Positions 27,767-38,284 are shown, counted from the first letter of the stretch. The stretch: 64,000 nt of DNA from Limnochordaceae bacterium (GCA_014896305.1 JADBKQ010000002.1:65670-129669); one strand, 5' to 3'. Translations and numbers: made by a program. The notes: generated from the sequence alone by a model not told the origin.

Positions 27767-28423
27767 GTGGCCCGAGGCCCAGGGGGCAGTCTATCGCAGC
27801 GGCTGGGCCGGCCCGCCCGGCTCGTGATCCTGGTCTCCGGCCGGGGTTCGAATATGGAGAAGATCATCGTTGCCTGTAGCAGCGGGCGGTTGGCGGGCTT
27901 GGCGCAAGTGGTCGCCGTGGCGAGCGACCAGGCGGAGGCTCCTGCCCTGGCGAAAGCGATCGCCGCCGGTGTCCCGCACGTGGAGGCGTTGGACCGCCGG
28001 CGTTTTCCCAGCCGGGGCGCGTATGACCAGGCCCTGGAAGGTCTCCTTGCCTCATGGCAGCCGGACTTGATCTGTCTCGCCGGCTACCTGCGGCTCTTAC
28101 CTGCCAGTACAGTACACCAGTGGCAGCACCGCATCGTGAACGTCCACCCGGCCCTCTTACCCTCCTTCCCCGGCCTGCATGCCCAGCGCCAGGCGGTGGA
28201 GTATGGGGTGAGGGTGAGTGGGTGCACTGTTCACCTGGTGGATGCGGGGATGGACACTGGCCCTATCTTGCTCCAGGAGGCGGTGCCCGTACTGCCCAAT
28301 GATACGGAAGAGAGCCTGGCAGCCCGGATTCTGCCGGTGGAGCACAAGCTCTATGTAGAAGCGATTCACAACCTGTTGACCCGGCCGTGGCGGGTAGAGG
28401 GGCGCAGGGTCGTATGGGATTGA
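27767..28423 (+). CDS. purN: Phosphoribosylglycinamide formyltransferase
   Basis: Motifs 'LVILVSGRGSN' and 'NVHPALLPSFPG'. The GTG start is 1 nt after the purM stop. Confidence 0.9.
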   Translation: MARGPGGSLSQRLGRPARLVILVSGRGSNMEKIIVACSSGRLAGLAQVVAVASDQAEAPALAKAIAAGVPHVEALDRRRFPSRGAYDQALEGLLASWQPDLICLAGYLRLLPASTVHQWQHRIVNVHPALLPSFPGLHAQRQAVEYGVRVSGCTVHLVDAGMDTGPILLQEAVPVLPNDTEESLAARILPVEHKLYVEAIHNLLTRPWRVEGRRVVWD

Positions 28424-28477
28424 TCACCATTTGCAGCCTCGGGTCGTGATCACCAATGGAAGGAGAGCGGCAGCAGG

Positions 28478-30172
28478 ATGAGTACGGAGACAGGGACGAT
28501 TCGCCGTGCGTTGATCAGCGTCTGGGACAAGCAGGGTGTGGTGGAGCTGGCCCGGGAGCTGGTGGCCGGGGGAGTCGAGATCCTTTCTACAGGAGGCACG
28601 CAGAAGGCGCTGCAGGAAGCGGGTTTGCCCGTTACTTCGGTCAGCGAGGTCACCGGTTTTCCGGAGGTGCTGGGCGGCCGGGTGAAGACGTTGCACCCTC
28701 GGATCCACGCCGCCATTCTGGCCCGGCGGGATGTCCCATCCGATATGCAGACGTTGGCCCAAGAGCAGATTACCCCGATTGATCTGGTAGTGGTCAACCT
28801 CTATCCGTTTGCTCAGACGGTGGCGCGGCCCGGCGTTACCTGGGAGGAAGCGATCGAGCAGATCGACATCGGCGGGCCATCCATGTTGCGGGCGGCGGCG
28901 AAGAACTACGCCTGGGTGACGGTGCTCTGCTCGCCTGCACAATACCCGGAGTTCCTCGCCCTCTGGCGGGAGCAGCAGACCGTTCCGCTGGAGCAGCGGC
29001 GGCGCTGGGCTGCTGAGGTGTTTGCCCAGACGGCCGCCTATGACGCTGCCATCCAGCGGTTCTTCCTGCGTGAACTGGCGCCGGCCCAGCCTCCGGCTCA
29101 CCTGACTCTGCCGTTGCAACTGGTAGCGAGCCTGCGCTATGGTGAGAACCCGCACCAGAAGGCGGCCTTTTACGCGGATCCGCTCGTGACGGCAGCGGCG
29201 CCGGCTGGTCCGGGTGGGCAGGGCAGGAAGGCGGACGCGGGCGGCACGCCGCGGGTGACGCTGGTCAATGCGCGGCAGCTGCACGGCAAGGAGCTTTCTT
29301 TCAACAACATCCAGGACGCCGACGCGGCCCTGGCGGCGGTTTCGGAGTTTTTCGCCCCGGCCGCGGTGGCGGTGAAGCACATGAACCCCTGCGGGATGGC
29401 GGTAGGAGACAGCATCTCAGAGGCGTACCGTCTGGCCTACGAAGGCGACCCGGTCTCGATCTTTGGAGGCATCGTGGCACTCAATCGACCCGTAGACCGG
29501 GCCACGGCAGAGCTGTTGCACAAGACCTTTCTCGAGGTGGTTCTCGCTCCCTCCTTCCTGCCCGAAGCGTTCGAGATCCTGGCCAAGAAAAAGAATGTAC
29601 GCCTGTTGGAAGTGCCGGGGCTTTTTCCGGATAGCCAGGGGGGCGAAACCCGGGACAGCCAGGTGGCCGGGCAAGGGCAGGAGTCGGCAGACAGCTGGGC
29701 CTTCCTGGGGCGACCAGAGCTGGACCTGCGGAAGGTGAGTGGCGGGTATCTGGTGCAGGAACTGGATCGCATCGATCTGGATACTTCGGCCTGGAAGCTG
29801 GTTACCAAGACGCCCGTCCCACCCGAGCTGTGGGAGGACTTGAAGTTCGCCTGGATTGCGGTAAAACACGTGAAGTCCAACGCGATCACCGTGGCCCGTC
29901 GCTGTCAGTTGTTGGGCAGCGGCGCTGGGCAGATGAACCGGATCACCGCCGCCCGGCTCGCGCTGGAGCAGGCCGGCGAGAGAGCCCGGGGAGCGGTGCT
30001 GGCCTCGGACGCGTTCTTCCCCTTTGGGGACGTGGTGGAGGCGGCGGCCGCAGCAGGAATCGTGGCCATCGTGCAACCCGGAGGTAGCATCCGGGACGAA
30101 GAGTCGATAGCCGCCTGCGATCGGGCCGGTATCGCCATGGTGTTCACTGGGCGTCGCCACTTCCGGCACTGA
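28478..30172 (+). CDS. purH: Bifunctional AICAR transformylase / IMP cyclohydrolase
   Basis: Motifs 'ALISVWDKQGV', 'STGGTQKAL', 'KHMNPCG' and 'QPGGSIRDEE'. At 564 aa it carries two low-complexity insertions. Confidence 0.95.
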   Translation: MSTETGTIRRALISVWDKQGVVELARELVAGGVEILSTGGTQKALQEAGLPVTSVSEVTGFPEVLGGRVKTLHPRIHAAILARRDVPSDMQTLAQEQITPIDLVVVNLYPFAQTVARPGVTWEEAIEQIDIGGPSMLRAAAKNYAWVTVLCSPAQYPEFLALWREQQTVPLEQRRRWAAEVFAQTAAYDAAIQRFFLRELAPAQPPAHLTLPLQLVASLRYGENPHQKAAFYADPLVTAAAPAGPGGQGRKADAGGTPRVTLVNARQLHGKELSFNNIQDADAALAAVSEFFAPAAVAVKHMNPCGMAVGDSISEAYRLAYEGDPVSIFGGIVALNRPVDRATAELLHKTFLEVVLAPSFLPEAFEILAKKKNVRLLEVPGLFPDSQGGETRDSQVAGQGQESADSWAFLGRPELDLRKVSGGYLVQELDRIDLDTSAWKLVTKTPVPPELWEDLKFAWIAVKHVKSNAITVARRCQLLGSGAGQMNRITAARLALEQAGERARGAVLASDAFFPFGDVVEAAAAAGIVAIVQPGGSIRDEESIAACDRAGIAMVFTGRRHFRH

Positions 30173-30283
30173 TGAGCGCAGTCGACATATGGCGGGCGCA
30201 ACCTCTTGATGAGGCCGGTAAGCGCGAGCACAGCGGCTGAGCGCCTACCAGTAAAGGAGCCCAACGGGTGGTGGGGGGACAAG

Positions 30284-31711
30284 ATGAAGATTCTGGTGGT
30301 GGGAGCCGGCGGACGAGAGGATGCGCTGGGATGGGCGCTGGCAGGAGGGCGGGAGGCAGCGGGCCTGGCGGGCGGTTCGCCGGAGGTATGGTTCTATCCG
30401 GGTAACGCAGGCACCGAGCGGTGGGGGCAGAACGTCCATCTGGGCGACGAGGGCGACGAGGAGCAGGCGGCGCTGACGGGCTGGGCACGGGAAGCCGGCA
30501 TCGAACTGGTGGTCGTAGGTCCCGAGGCGTATCTGTGGGCGGGGCTGGCCGATCGGCTACGGGCAGTCGGTATCCTTACGTTTGGACCGGGTCAGGCGGG
30601 GGCGCGCCTGGAGGCCAGCAAAGCGTGGGCCAAGGAGTTCATGCAGCGCCACCGGATCCCCACCGCCCGCAGTCGCACGTTCGGACGCACGGAGCGAGCG
30701 GAAGCGGTTCGATTCGTGCAAGAAAGCGGTCATCCCTGGGTGGTCAAGGCAGACGGCCTGGCGGCAGGCAAGGGGGTCACGGTCTGCGAGACCGTGGCGG
30801 AGACGGTCGCAGCCGTAGAACGACTGCTGGGCGAAAGGGAGTTGGGAGCTGCCGGTGAGCAAGTCGTCCTGGAGGAGCGAATGTATGGACCTGAGGTGAG
30901 CCTGTTGGCCATTACCGACGGTACGGCGGTGGCGATCCTGCCGGAGGCCCAGGATCACAAACGGATCGGCGAGGGGGACACAGGGCCCAACACGGGCGGG
31001 ATGGGGGCGTATTCGCCCGTACCTTTCTTCACCCCGGCCATACGCCGGCGGGTCGTGGAGACGATCATTCTGCCGACCATCGCCGGCCTACAGCAGGAGG
31101 GGATCGACTACCGCGGAGTTATATACGCGGGCTTGATGTTGACAGAAGATGGACCCCGGGTGGTCGAGTTCAACTGCCGCTTCGGCGATCCTGAAACCCA
31201 GGCCATCCTCCCCCGCCTGCCGGACGTCGATTGGGGGGCACTCTTCGCGGCCACGGCGGCTGGCCAGCTCCGAACCTACCTGCAGGAGACGTGTCCCGTG
31301 GCAGGGAGAATGGAGGACGAAGAGTCAGCAGCGGGTTCACGAGCTGGAGTTACTCCGATTCCTTGTTGGACGTTGCGCGCGGGGGAGGGGGCGGTGGTCG
31401 ACGTTGTACTTGCCATGGAGGGGTATCCTGGCTCTTATCGACGAGGGGTCGTAGTAAGCGGGTTCGAGAGCGTTACCTCTCTTCCCCAGGCCATCATTTT
31501 TCACGGGGGAACGCAGCGGTTACCCGCTGGCGGCCCCATCGTCACTACGGGAGGGCGAGTTTTGCACGTGGTAGGAATTGGGCCGACCCTGGCTGACGCG
31601 CGGGATCAGGCCTATCAGGCGGCCGCAGGCATTCGTTTCGAAGGAAAGTATCTACGGCGGGATATCGGCGAGCAGGCGCTGGCTTGGAAGGCCGGCACAC
31701 ACAAGGCATGA
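30284..31711 (+). CDS. purD: Phosphoribosylamine-glycine ligase
   Basis: Motifs 'MKILVVGAGGREDAL' and 'FNCRFGDPETQ'. 475 aa with insertions. Confidence 0.93.
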   Translation: MKILVVGAGGREDALGWALAGGREAAGLAGGSPEVWFYPGNAGTERWGQNVHLGDEGDEEQAALTGWAREAGIELVVVGPEAYLWAGLADRLRAVGILTFGPGQAGARLEASKAWAKEFMQRHRIPTARSRTFGRTERAEAVRFVQESGHPWVVKADGLAAGKGVTVCETVAETVAAVERLLGERELGAAGEQVVLEERMYGPEVSLLAITDGTAVAILPEAQDHKRIGEGDTGPNTGGMGAYSPVPFFTPAIRRRVVETIILPTIAGLQQEGIDYRGVIYAGLMLTEDGPRVVEFNCRFGDPETQAILPRLPDVDWGALFAATAAGQLRTYLQETCPVAGRMEDEESAAGSRAGVTPIPCWTLRAGEGAVVDVVLAMEGYPGSYRRGVVVSGFESVTSLPQAIIFHGGTQRLPAGGPIVTTGGRVLHVVGIGPTLADARDQAYQAAAGIRFEGKYLRRDIGEQALAWKAGTHKA

Positions 31712-31763
31712 GCCTCAATGACGACGGCGTGGATGTTCACACGCAGAGAAGAGCTGGCAATAG

Positions 31764-33617
31764 CTAGTCAGGCAAGGGGCGGACCGCTTCCAGGCTAGGC
31801 GTGGCCTCCACCGTCTTATAGACGTGGTAGATTACATAGCCTGGAGCGGTCCCCGTCGGTTTGCGCAGGTGTCGACAGCGGGTGTAGTCGACGGGGACAT
31901 GGCTGGCGCCCGCCCCCCGGCTGAAATAGGCGGCGACCTGTGCCGCGGCCAGGAGGCTACTGTCCGGGACTTGCGGCAGTTGCGCACAGCGCAGAATGAC
32001 ATGAGCCCCAGGGATCTGATGGGCGTGGAACCAGATATCGTCCGGTGCGGCCTGCTTCAGGCTGAGCCGATCGTTTTGGCGGTTGTTGCGACCCACCCAG
32101 ATCTCGATCCCATCAGCGGTCAGGTATCGCCGCGGGGGGAGCGGGGCGTGCCTCTTGCCGCCCCCCGCACGTTCCTTCCGGGCGGGTGAACCGCCAGGCC
32201 GTCGTTGTCCCGCACGCGTTCCGCTGGAGCACAGACCGGCCTGCTGCAGCTCAGCTTCGATCTCATCCAGTTCAGCCCAGGTGCTAGCCCATTCCAGCTC
32301 GGCCAGAACCCCTTCCAGGTACTCTACCTGCCGGCGGGAGTGCTCCGCTTGGTGGGAGGCGGCCTGCTGAGTACGACGGGCACGCGTGTAGCGGTGGAAG
32401 TACCGTTGGGCGTTCTGGGCCGCGCTCAAGGATGGGTCGAGGGCAATCCGAACCTTGGTCACGGGGTCCGTGTAGTAGTTATCCAACTCCACCTCTGTCG
32501 CTCCGGCGGGCACCGCGGCCAGTTGGCTGAGCAGCAGTTCACCAAAGATACGCCAGCGGTCGGCCTGCTCGGCGCTGGCCAACTCTTGCTCCTGCTTTTC
32601 CAGACGACGGCGGGCTTGCTGCCAGGCGGTGCGCACCGGCCGCTCCAGTTGGCGGCGACGCTTCGCCAACTGCTGCTCCTGCCAGCGGGGGGCAAAGAAC
32701 CGCTCGAGAACCTGGCTGGGAGAGCGCAGTTCCAGCTGCTGCGCGGGTGGATACTGGGTCAAACGAAGCGCGCAATAATCTGCCGCGGGGCGAGTGGGCG
32801 GATCATCCGCTCCTTCCCCTCCTTCGGGCGATGCCCAAAGGAGCGTCGGGGCAAACTGGCCCGCTACCAGTTGCTGCGCCACCTGCTCCATCACCTCGGC
32901 CAGGCGCTGCTGCTGGGAAGTGGAGACCAGGGGAACGGGCTGAGCCGGGGAAATCTGCGCGCGGTGCAGGATCTCGGCGGCCGTCAGTGGGCCTAGCCCG
33001 TCGACGAGCGCTACCAGAGCTGCCTGGGCGTTTCGCTGTTCGCCTTGGCGGCTGGCGGCCAACCAACGCCAGCGCTCCAAAAGCACGGCTCCACACCCGG
33101 GCGTCAACACTACCTTCTCTTGACTGGGGGGGGGTGTATAAGGAAGATCTGGTGCCAGCCCGCGCTGCCGGCGCAGGCTGTCCAGAATCCGGCCGGTACC
33201 GGCTTCCACCAACCACAAGTCTGCCTTCTTGCCCAAAAGCTCAGCGATGAGAAACAGAGGGTAAGAGCCGCCGCCAGGCCCGCGGGTATCCAGCTCAAGG
33301 CGAAGAATGCGTTCTATTCCCGTCCCCGGTTGGGTCACCGCTTGCACCCGTGCGCCCTCCAGGTACTTGCGCAACAGCATGGTAAACGAAGAGGGGGTGT
33401 CATCGCGAGTGGCGGCGTTTGGGGCATCCGTCTCCATCAGGTGAACGCGAGGCATCTCCGGGTCGGCGGACAAAAGGAGCCGCTCCACCTCTCGTTGCTT
33501 GCGAATCTCCAGGACCACGGTGTAGCGGTCTACGCCACGCACGGTAGCAATCCGGCCCGTGCGCAGACGTTCATTGAGTTCCTGGCGCAATGCGGCCACA
33601 AACAAGCCGTCCAACAA
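31764..33617 (-). CDS. rqcH: Ribosome quality-control NFACT protein (FbpA/YloA family)
   Basis: The N-terminus is '(M)LDGLFVAALRQELNERL..GRI'. A C-terminal DUF814 region reads 'IWVGRNNRQNDRLSLK...WFHAHQIPGAHVIL'. A TTG start was chosen at 33617, 6 nt after GGAGGGA. The ORF extension to 33908 is judged spurious. Confidence 0.85.
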   Translation of the reverse strand: MLDGLFVAALRQELNERLRTGRIATVRGVDRYTVVLEIRKQREVERLLLSADPEMPRVHLMETDAPNAATRDDTPSSFTMLLRKYLEGARVQAVTQPGTGIERILRLELDTRGPGGGSYPLFLIAELLGKKADLWLVEAGTGRILDSLRRQRGLAPDLPYTPPPSQEKVVLTPGCGAVLLERWRWLAASRQGEQRNAQAALVALVDGLGPLTAAEILHRAQISPAQPVPLVSTSQQQRLAEVMEQVAQQLVAGQFAPTLLWASPEGGEGADDPPTRPAADYCALRLTQYPPAQQLELRSPSQVLERFFAPRWQEQQLAKRRRQLERPVRTAWQQARRRLEKQEQELASAEQADRWRIFGELLLSQLAAVPAGATEVELDNYYTDPVTKVRIALDPSLSAAQNAQRYFHRYTRARRTQQAASHQAEHSRRQVEYLEGVLAELEWASTWAELDEIEAELQQAGLCSSGTRAGQRRPGGSPARKERAGGGKRHAPLPPRRYLTADGIEIWVGRNNRQNDRLSLKQAAPDDIWFHAHQIPGAHVILRCAQLPQVPDSSLLAAAQVAAYFSRGAGASHVPVDYTRCRHLRKPTGTAPGYVIYHVYKTVEATPSLEAVRPLPD

Positions 33618-33858
33618 CAAACGTCCCTCCGCTGCAGACTCATGGGGATCAGCGCCACTTCCGTAGTATACCGGTTCCTCTGCCGAGAAGGGGACGTGGC
33701 AGGCAGCGTGATCGGTCAAAACTGCGTGCCACGCCCATCGTTCCCTCGGGATCGTACCCTGCCTACCCCGGGCACGGTATGATGTGGTAACGTAAGAGAA
33801 GGCCAGAGAAGCGGATTTTGCCTTGGCGAGCCGGCACGGGCTGTGGTGACCGGTCGGA

Positions 33859-34710
33859 ATGAGCTCGTCGCCCGGCAGAGGGGAAAGGGCGGTTGTCTCG
33901 TTGCACACCCGAGGGGTACGGTCGCCGGTTCAATGGTGGGTGCCGGTTTGCCTGGCTGTTTTGAGTTGCGCCGTTGCGTGGGTCGCGGTCCAACCAGGCG
34001 GGCAGGCAGCTGCACCGTCGATGGCTACAGATACGGCGGTGGAAAACGGCTATGCTTACTGGCTGCTGGACTCGCCGGCCCTGGCCGAGAGGCAGTGGCA
34101 GCAAGTTCTGCAAGTGGAGCCGACCAACGCCGAGGCTCGTCTCGGCCTTGCCCTCGGTCAAGCGGCAGCAGGAGACCTGCTACAGGCGGCAGAGACGCTG
34201 GCGGCGGCGGTCGACCAGGATCCCGCGTTTGCCTGGGCAGCCGCCTGGCAGGGCGAGTTCCTGCGCCTGGCCGGGGAGCGGCAACAGGCCCGTGAGGCGT
34301 ACCAGCGTGCCCTCTCGAGTCAGGAGGGGGCACCAGCTGCCCTCGCCCTGTATGGGTTGGCTCTTCTGGACGAAGAAGAATCTCACTACGACCAGGCTGA
34401 AGCAGGATTTCGCCAAGCGTTGCAGGCAAACCCCTTCTTCTTTGAGGCCTACCTGGGGCTTGCTCGCTGCCAGAAGGCACGTGGGCAGTTGGACGAGGCG
34501 GTCGCCTCTTTGCGCCGGGGGATCGAAATATATCCTCTGTATGCCCCGTTTCACCTGCTATTGGGTCAGATTCTATCAGCGCAGGGCCAGACCGTGCTGG
34601 GGCAGCAAGAGATCGACCGGGCTCTCCAACTCGACCCTTCCTTGGTCGCGGCTGGGTACGCTTCTACAGGCGGTGAGGCGCAGGGCGGAGAAACGCAGAA
34701 GAGTCATTGA
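33859..34710 (+). CDS. Membrane-anchored or secreted TPR-repeat protein
   Basis: An N-terminal hydrophobic segment 'WWVPVCLAVLSCAVAWVAV' is followed by repeated TPR-like 34-mers (e.g. 'AEARLGLALGQAAAGDLLQAAETLAAAV'). The start is uncertain. Confidence 0.7.
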   Translation: MSSSPGRGERAVVSLHTRGVRSPVQWWVPVCLAVLSCAVAWVAVQPGGQAAAPSMATDTAVENGYAYWLLDSPALAERQWQQVLQVEPTNAEARLGLALGQAAAGDLLQAAETLAAAVDQDPAFAWAAAWQGEFLRLAGERQQAREAYQRALSSQEGAPAALALYGLALLDEEESHYDQAEAGFRQALQANPFFFEAYLGLARCQKARGQLDEAVASLRRGIEIYPLYAPFHLLLGQILSAQGQTVLGQQEIDRALQLDPSLVAAGYASTGGEAQGGETQKSH

Positions 34711-34735
34711 TGCCCCCCAGGCTCGCCGCCCCGAC

Positions 34736-34773
34736 ATGAGACAGGCTCGGGATAATTCCCGGGCCTGTCTCAT
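34736..34773 (+). terminator. Very stable 17-bp hairpin (one G-U pair, TAAT loop) 26 nt after the TPR gene stop, with no U-tract
   Basis: ATGAGACAGGCTCGGGA-TAAT-TCCCGGGCCTGTCTCAT. It could be a terminator or a regulatory element. Its function is not established. Confidence 0.45.
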
Positions 34774-34880
34774 ACAACTGTAGGGCCAAACCAGCCGGGT
34801 TGGCTGGCGGTTGGGCAACAAGGCAGTTCCCGGGGGATGGGGTGAACCGCGTGGCAGTTTCCCGAATCGAGAACCTGAAC

Positions 34881-37742
34881 ATGGCGGCTCCAGCTCCGCT
34901 GCGGCCTCACGCCATGTCGGTGGCAGCACTGGGCCGGCTGCTTACCACCGACCTGCAGCATGGGCTTTCGGCGGATCAGGTGCGCGAGCGGCAAAAGGCA
35001 TACGGGCCCAACGCGTTACCAGAAAGCCGGGGTCCCGGGTTCTGGACGGTCCTGATGGATCAGTTCAAGGATTTTATGGTCCTGGTCTTGCTGGGGGCAA
35101 CGGTCGTTTCCTTTGCGCTGGGCGAGATCGGCGATGCCTTGACGATCCTTTCCATCGTCTTGCTCAATGCGGCCCTCGGCTCGGTCCAGGAGTTTCGGGC
35201 CGAACGCTCCCTGCAGGCTCTCAAACGGCTCAGCGCCCCGGAGTGCCGCGTGGTGCGGGGCGGACGGGAACAAGTCATTCCTGCCCGTGACCTGGTGCCG
35301 GGAGATCTCGTGCGGGTAGAGGCGGGGGACCGGGTTCCCGCCGACCTGCGGCTGCTGGAGACCTTCGGCTTGGAATGCGAGGAAGCCTCTCTGACGGGAG
35401 AGTCGCTGCCCGTGTCCAAACGGGCGGATTGGCTGGGCCGTGGGAGCGAGGCCATAGGCGACCGCATCAACTGCTTGTTCATGGGGACTACCGTCACCCG
35501 CGGGCGAGCGACCGGGGTGGTCTTTGCGACGGGCCGCCAGACCCAGATCGGCGAAATTGCCGGTATGCTGGCCGACGCGCAAGAGCCGCCCACGCCCCTG
35601 CAGCTGCGTCTGGAACAGCTGGGCAAAGGGTTGCTGGCGGCGGCCGCCCTGACTGTCACGGCTGTGTTCATTGCCGGTGTGGCGCAGGGCCGTCCGATCC
35701 TGGATATGTTCCTCACCGGCGTCAGTCTGGCCGTAGCCGCCATTCCGGAAGGGTTGCCGGCGGTGGTGACGATCGCCCTGGCACTGGGGGTGCAACGGAT
35801 GATCCGGCGCAACGGCATCGTACGCCACCTGCCGGCAGTGGAGACACTGGGCTGTGTCACCACGATCTGTTCAGACAAGACCGGCACCCTGACGGAGAAT
35901 CAGATGACGGTAACCCGCATCTGGCTGCCGGACGGCTCGGAACTGCGCGTCGAAGGCAGCGGGTACGCCCCGTACGGCCGGATCCAGAACGCGTCAGGCA
36001 AGCCGGTGTCGCTGGCAGATCAGGACGATGGGCCAGCGATGCCGCCTGTTTCGCTTGAACTCCTTTCCCAGGTCGCTGTTTTCTGCAATCACGCGGAGGT
36101 GCAGGAAGATCCTGAGCAAGGCTGGGTAGCGGTAGGGGATCCGACCGAAGCGGCTCTCCTGGTCCTGGCTCACAAAGCGGGTGCTTCCCGTGCTGTCTGG
36201 CAACGGCAGTACCGGCTGGTGGCCGAGATCCCGTTTGACTCGGACCGGCGACGGATGTCGGTGGCCGTCCGTCGCCCCGACGGAGGAATCCGGGTGCTGG
36301 TGAAAGGTGCCCCAGAGGCCGTTCTGCCGCTTTGCCACACCTACTTGCCCAGCCCAGCCCCTGCATCCGGGGTGGGTACGTTCACAGGGTTGCGGCCGCT
36401 GCGGCCAGCAGACCGGCAGCGCTGCTGGTCGGCCAACACTACCATGGCCCGGGCGGCTCTGCGAGTCCTGGCGCTGGCGTACAGAGATCTGCCTGCTTCT
36501 GCCCTCCCCGCCGTGAAAAGCATGGACGCGGAAATGATGGAGCATGAGCTCACCCTCATCGGGCTGGTGGGCATGATCGATCCCCCCCGGCCACAAGCGG
36601 TCGCAGCCATTCGAACCGCCCGGCGAGCGGGCATTCGCCCCATCATGGTGACGGGCGATCATCTGGAGACAGCCCGAGCCATCGCCAGCCAGATCGGCCT
36701 GGCCGACGGCACCGCACCGGCCTTGACGGGACCAGAGGTGGAAAACTTCAACGACGCCGAGCTGCAGCAGGCCGTAGCCATGACCTCCGTCTTTGCCCGG
36801 GTAGCCCCCCGCCACAAACTGCGCATTGTCAAAGCGCTCAAGGCGCAAGGTCAGGTGGTGGCCATGACCGGAGACGGGGTAAACGATGCGCCAGCCGTGC
36901 AGGAGGCGGATATCGGGATCTCGATGGGGCGCGCGGGCACGGAGGTCACCAAAGAGGCATCCGACATGGTGCTGGCGGATGACAACTTTGCCACGATCGT
37001 TGCCGCCATCGAGGAGGGACGGGCGATCTATGACAACATTCGCAAGTTCATCCGCTACCTGCTGAGCTGCAACGCGGGAGAAGTGATCACGATGTTTGTG
37101 GCGGCCCTCGCCGGCTGGCCCCTGCCGCTGGTACCCATCCAGATTCTCTGGATGAACCTGGTGACCGACGGGTTGCCTGCCGTTGCCTTGGGAGTCGAGC
37201 CACCCGAACCAGGAACGATGGATCGTCCGCCGCGGCCGCCGGCCGAGGGGGTGTTTGCCCGGGGTCTGGGTTGGCGCGTGCTGGGACGAGGCCTCGTCAT
37301 CGCGCTGTCTACCCTGGCGGTGTTTGCCCTCGCCTTGCGAGGGTCCGGGAATCCGCTGGCGGCCTCGAATCTGTTGAGGGCGCAAACCATGGCCTTTCAC
37401 ACCCTGGTTTTCTCACAGTTGTTCTTTGTTTTCCAATGTCGCTCCGAGCGCGCCTCCGTCTTCACCCTACCGCTGTTGGGCAATCCTTCGCTCTTAGCGG
37501 CGGTAACGGTGAGCGCCGGTATGCAGCTGGTGACTACCTATGTGCCCCGCCTGGCCTCCTATTTCCATGTGGTGCCGCTCTCCTCCACCGACTGGCAGAT
37601 CGTCTTCCTGGGCGCCATCTGGCCGTTGGCCCTGGACGCGCTTGGACAGCTGATTCGAGCCTTTCTGCTGGCGGTAGGTGGAAAGGGGCAGCGTCTCCTC
37701 GCCACGACGAACCCCAACCCGTGGCTGGGTTCCACACGATAG
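34881..37742 (+). CDS. Cation-translocating P-type ATPase, Ca2+ (type II, YloB-like)
   Basis: Motifs 'CSDKTGTLTENQM', 'MVTGDH' and 'TGDGVNDAPA'. The N-terminus is 'GLSADQVRERQKAYGPNAL'. It occupies the same position as B. subtilis yloB. The start is ATG 34881 or 34914. Confidence 0.92.
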   Translation: MAAPAPLRPHAMSVAALGRLLTTDLQHGLSADQVRERQKAYGPNALPESRGPGFWTVLMDQFKDFMVLVLLGATVVSFALGEIGDALTILSIVLLNAALGSVQEFRAERSLQALKRLSAPECRVVRGGREQVIPARDLVPGDLVRVEAGDRVPADLRLLETFGLECEEASLTGESLPVSKRADWLGRGSEAIGDRINCLFMGTTVTRGRATGVVFATGRQTQIGEIAGMLADAQEPPTPLQLRLEQLGKGLLAAAALTVTAVFIAGVAQGRPILDMFLTGVSLAVAAIPEGLPAVVTIALALGVQRMIRRNGIVRHLPAVETLGCVTTICSDKTGTLTENQMTVTRIWLPDGSELRVEGSGYAPYGRIQNASGKPVSLADQDDGPAMPPVSLELLSQVAVFCNHAEVQEDPEQGWVAVGDPTEAALLVLAHKAGASRAVWQRQYRLVAEIPFDSDRRRMSVAVRRPDGGIRVLVKGAPEAVLPLCHTYLPSPAPASGVGTFTGLRPLRPADRQRCWSANTTMARAALRVLALAYRDLPASALPAVKSMDAEMMEHELTLIGLVGMIDPPRPQAVAAIRTARRAGIRPIMVTGDHLETARAIASQIGLADGTAPALTGPEVENFNDAELQQAVAMTSVFARVAPRHKLRIVKALKAQGQVVAMTGDGVNDAPAVQEADIGISMGRAGTEVTKEASDMVLADDNFATIVAAIEEGRAIYDNIRKFIRYLLSCNAGEVITMFVAALAGWPLPLVPIQILWMNLVTDGLPAVALGVEPPEPGTMDRPPRPPAEGVFARGLGWRVLGRGLVIALSTLAVFALALRGSGNPLAASNLLRAQTMAFHTLVFSQLFFVFQCRSERASVFTLPLLGNPSLLAAVTVSAGMQLVTTYVPRLASYFHVVPLSSTDWQIVFLGAIWPLALDALGQLIRAFLLAVGGKGQRLLATTNPNPWLGSTR

Positions 37743-37975
37743 CCCCTGGCCTGGCGAACTTTCATCGAAGCGAAAGGATTCTGGCGAAAGAGAGCGAAGG
37801 AAGCATCCTGACGCCCATATCAGCCACCGGACTGGACGATCAGGCGGGTGACGGCAGTTGCATTTGCGAAGCCGCCACGTCTATCCGAGCTACCAGGGTA
37901 TTCTCCTTTGCGTCCGTCGCCGGCATGGGACAAGAAGGTGGCGAGGGTGCGAATCGAACCAGGGGGGTGTAGAAA

Positions 37976-38284
37976 ATGCCGTTGCCGAAGTTGTCCGCTC
38001 AGCAGAAAAGGGCTGCTCTGGCCAAGGCACAGGAAATGCGATCCCAGCGTGCGTCATTGCGCAGGCGTCTGAAAACAGGGGAGCTGAAGCTGCCGGACAT
38101 TCTGCAGGACACGCAAAGCGAAGTCGTAGCTCGCATGCGGGTGGCTTACCTCATTCAATCCCTACCTCAGGTGGGGCGGATTCGGGCACAACAGATTATG
38201 AACGAGATCGGTATTGACGAGGGACGCCGTGTCCAGGGACTGGGGAAGCGGCAACGTTCGGCTCTCTTGGAGCGGTTAGGATAA
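37976..38284 (+). CDS. mihF: Integration host factor, actinobacterial type (mIHF-like)
   Basis: The 102-aa protein reads 'LSAQQKRAALAKAQEMRSQRASLRRRLKTGELKL..IL....EVVARMRVAYLIQSLPQVGRIRAQQIMNEIGI...RVQGLGKRQRSALLERLG'. It closely parallels my memory of mycobacterial and streptomycete mIHF. Confidence 0.85.
   Translation: MPLPKLSAQQKRAALAKAQEMRSQRASLRRRLKTGELKLPDILQDTQSEVVARMRVAYLIQSLPQVGRIRAQQIMNEIGIDEGRRVQGLGKRQRSALLERLG

Noticed and set aside
35994-37400. 468-aa minus-strand ORF (plus the 270-275-aa ORFs at 35016-35887) opposite the P-type ATPase
   Set aside because: These are antisense shadows of a gene carrying all the P-type ATPase motifs, and the products have no domain features.
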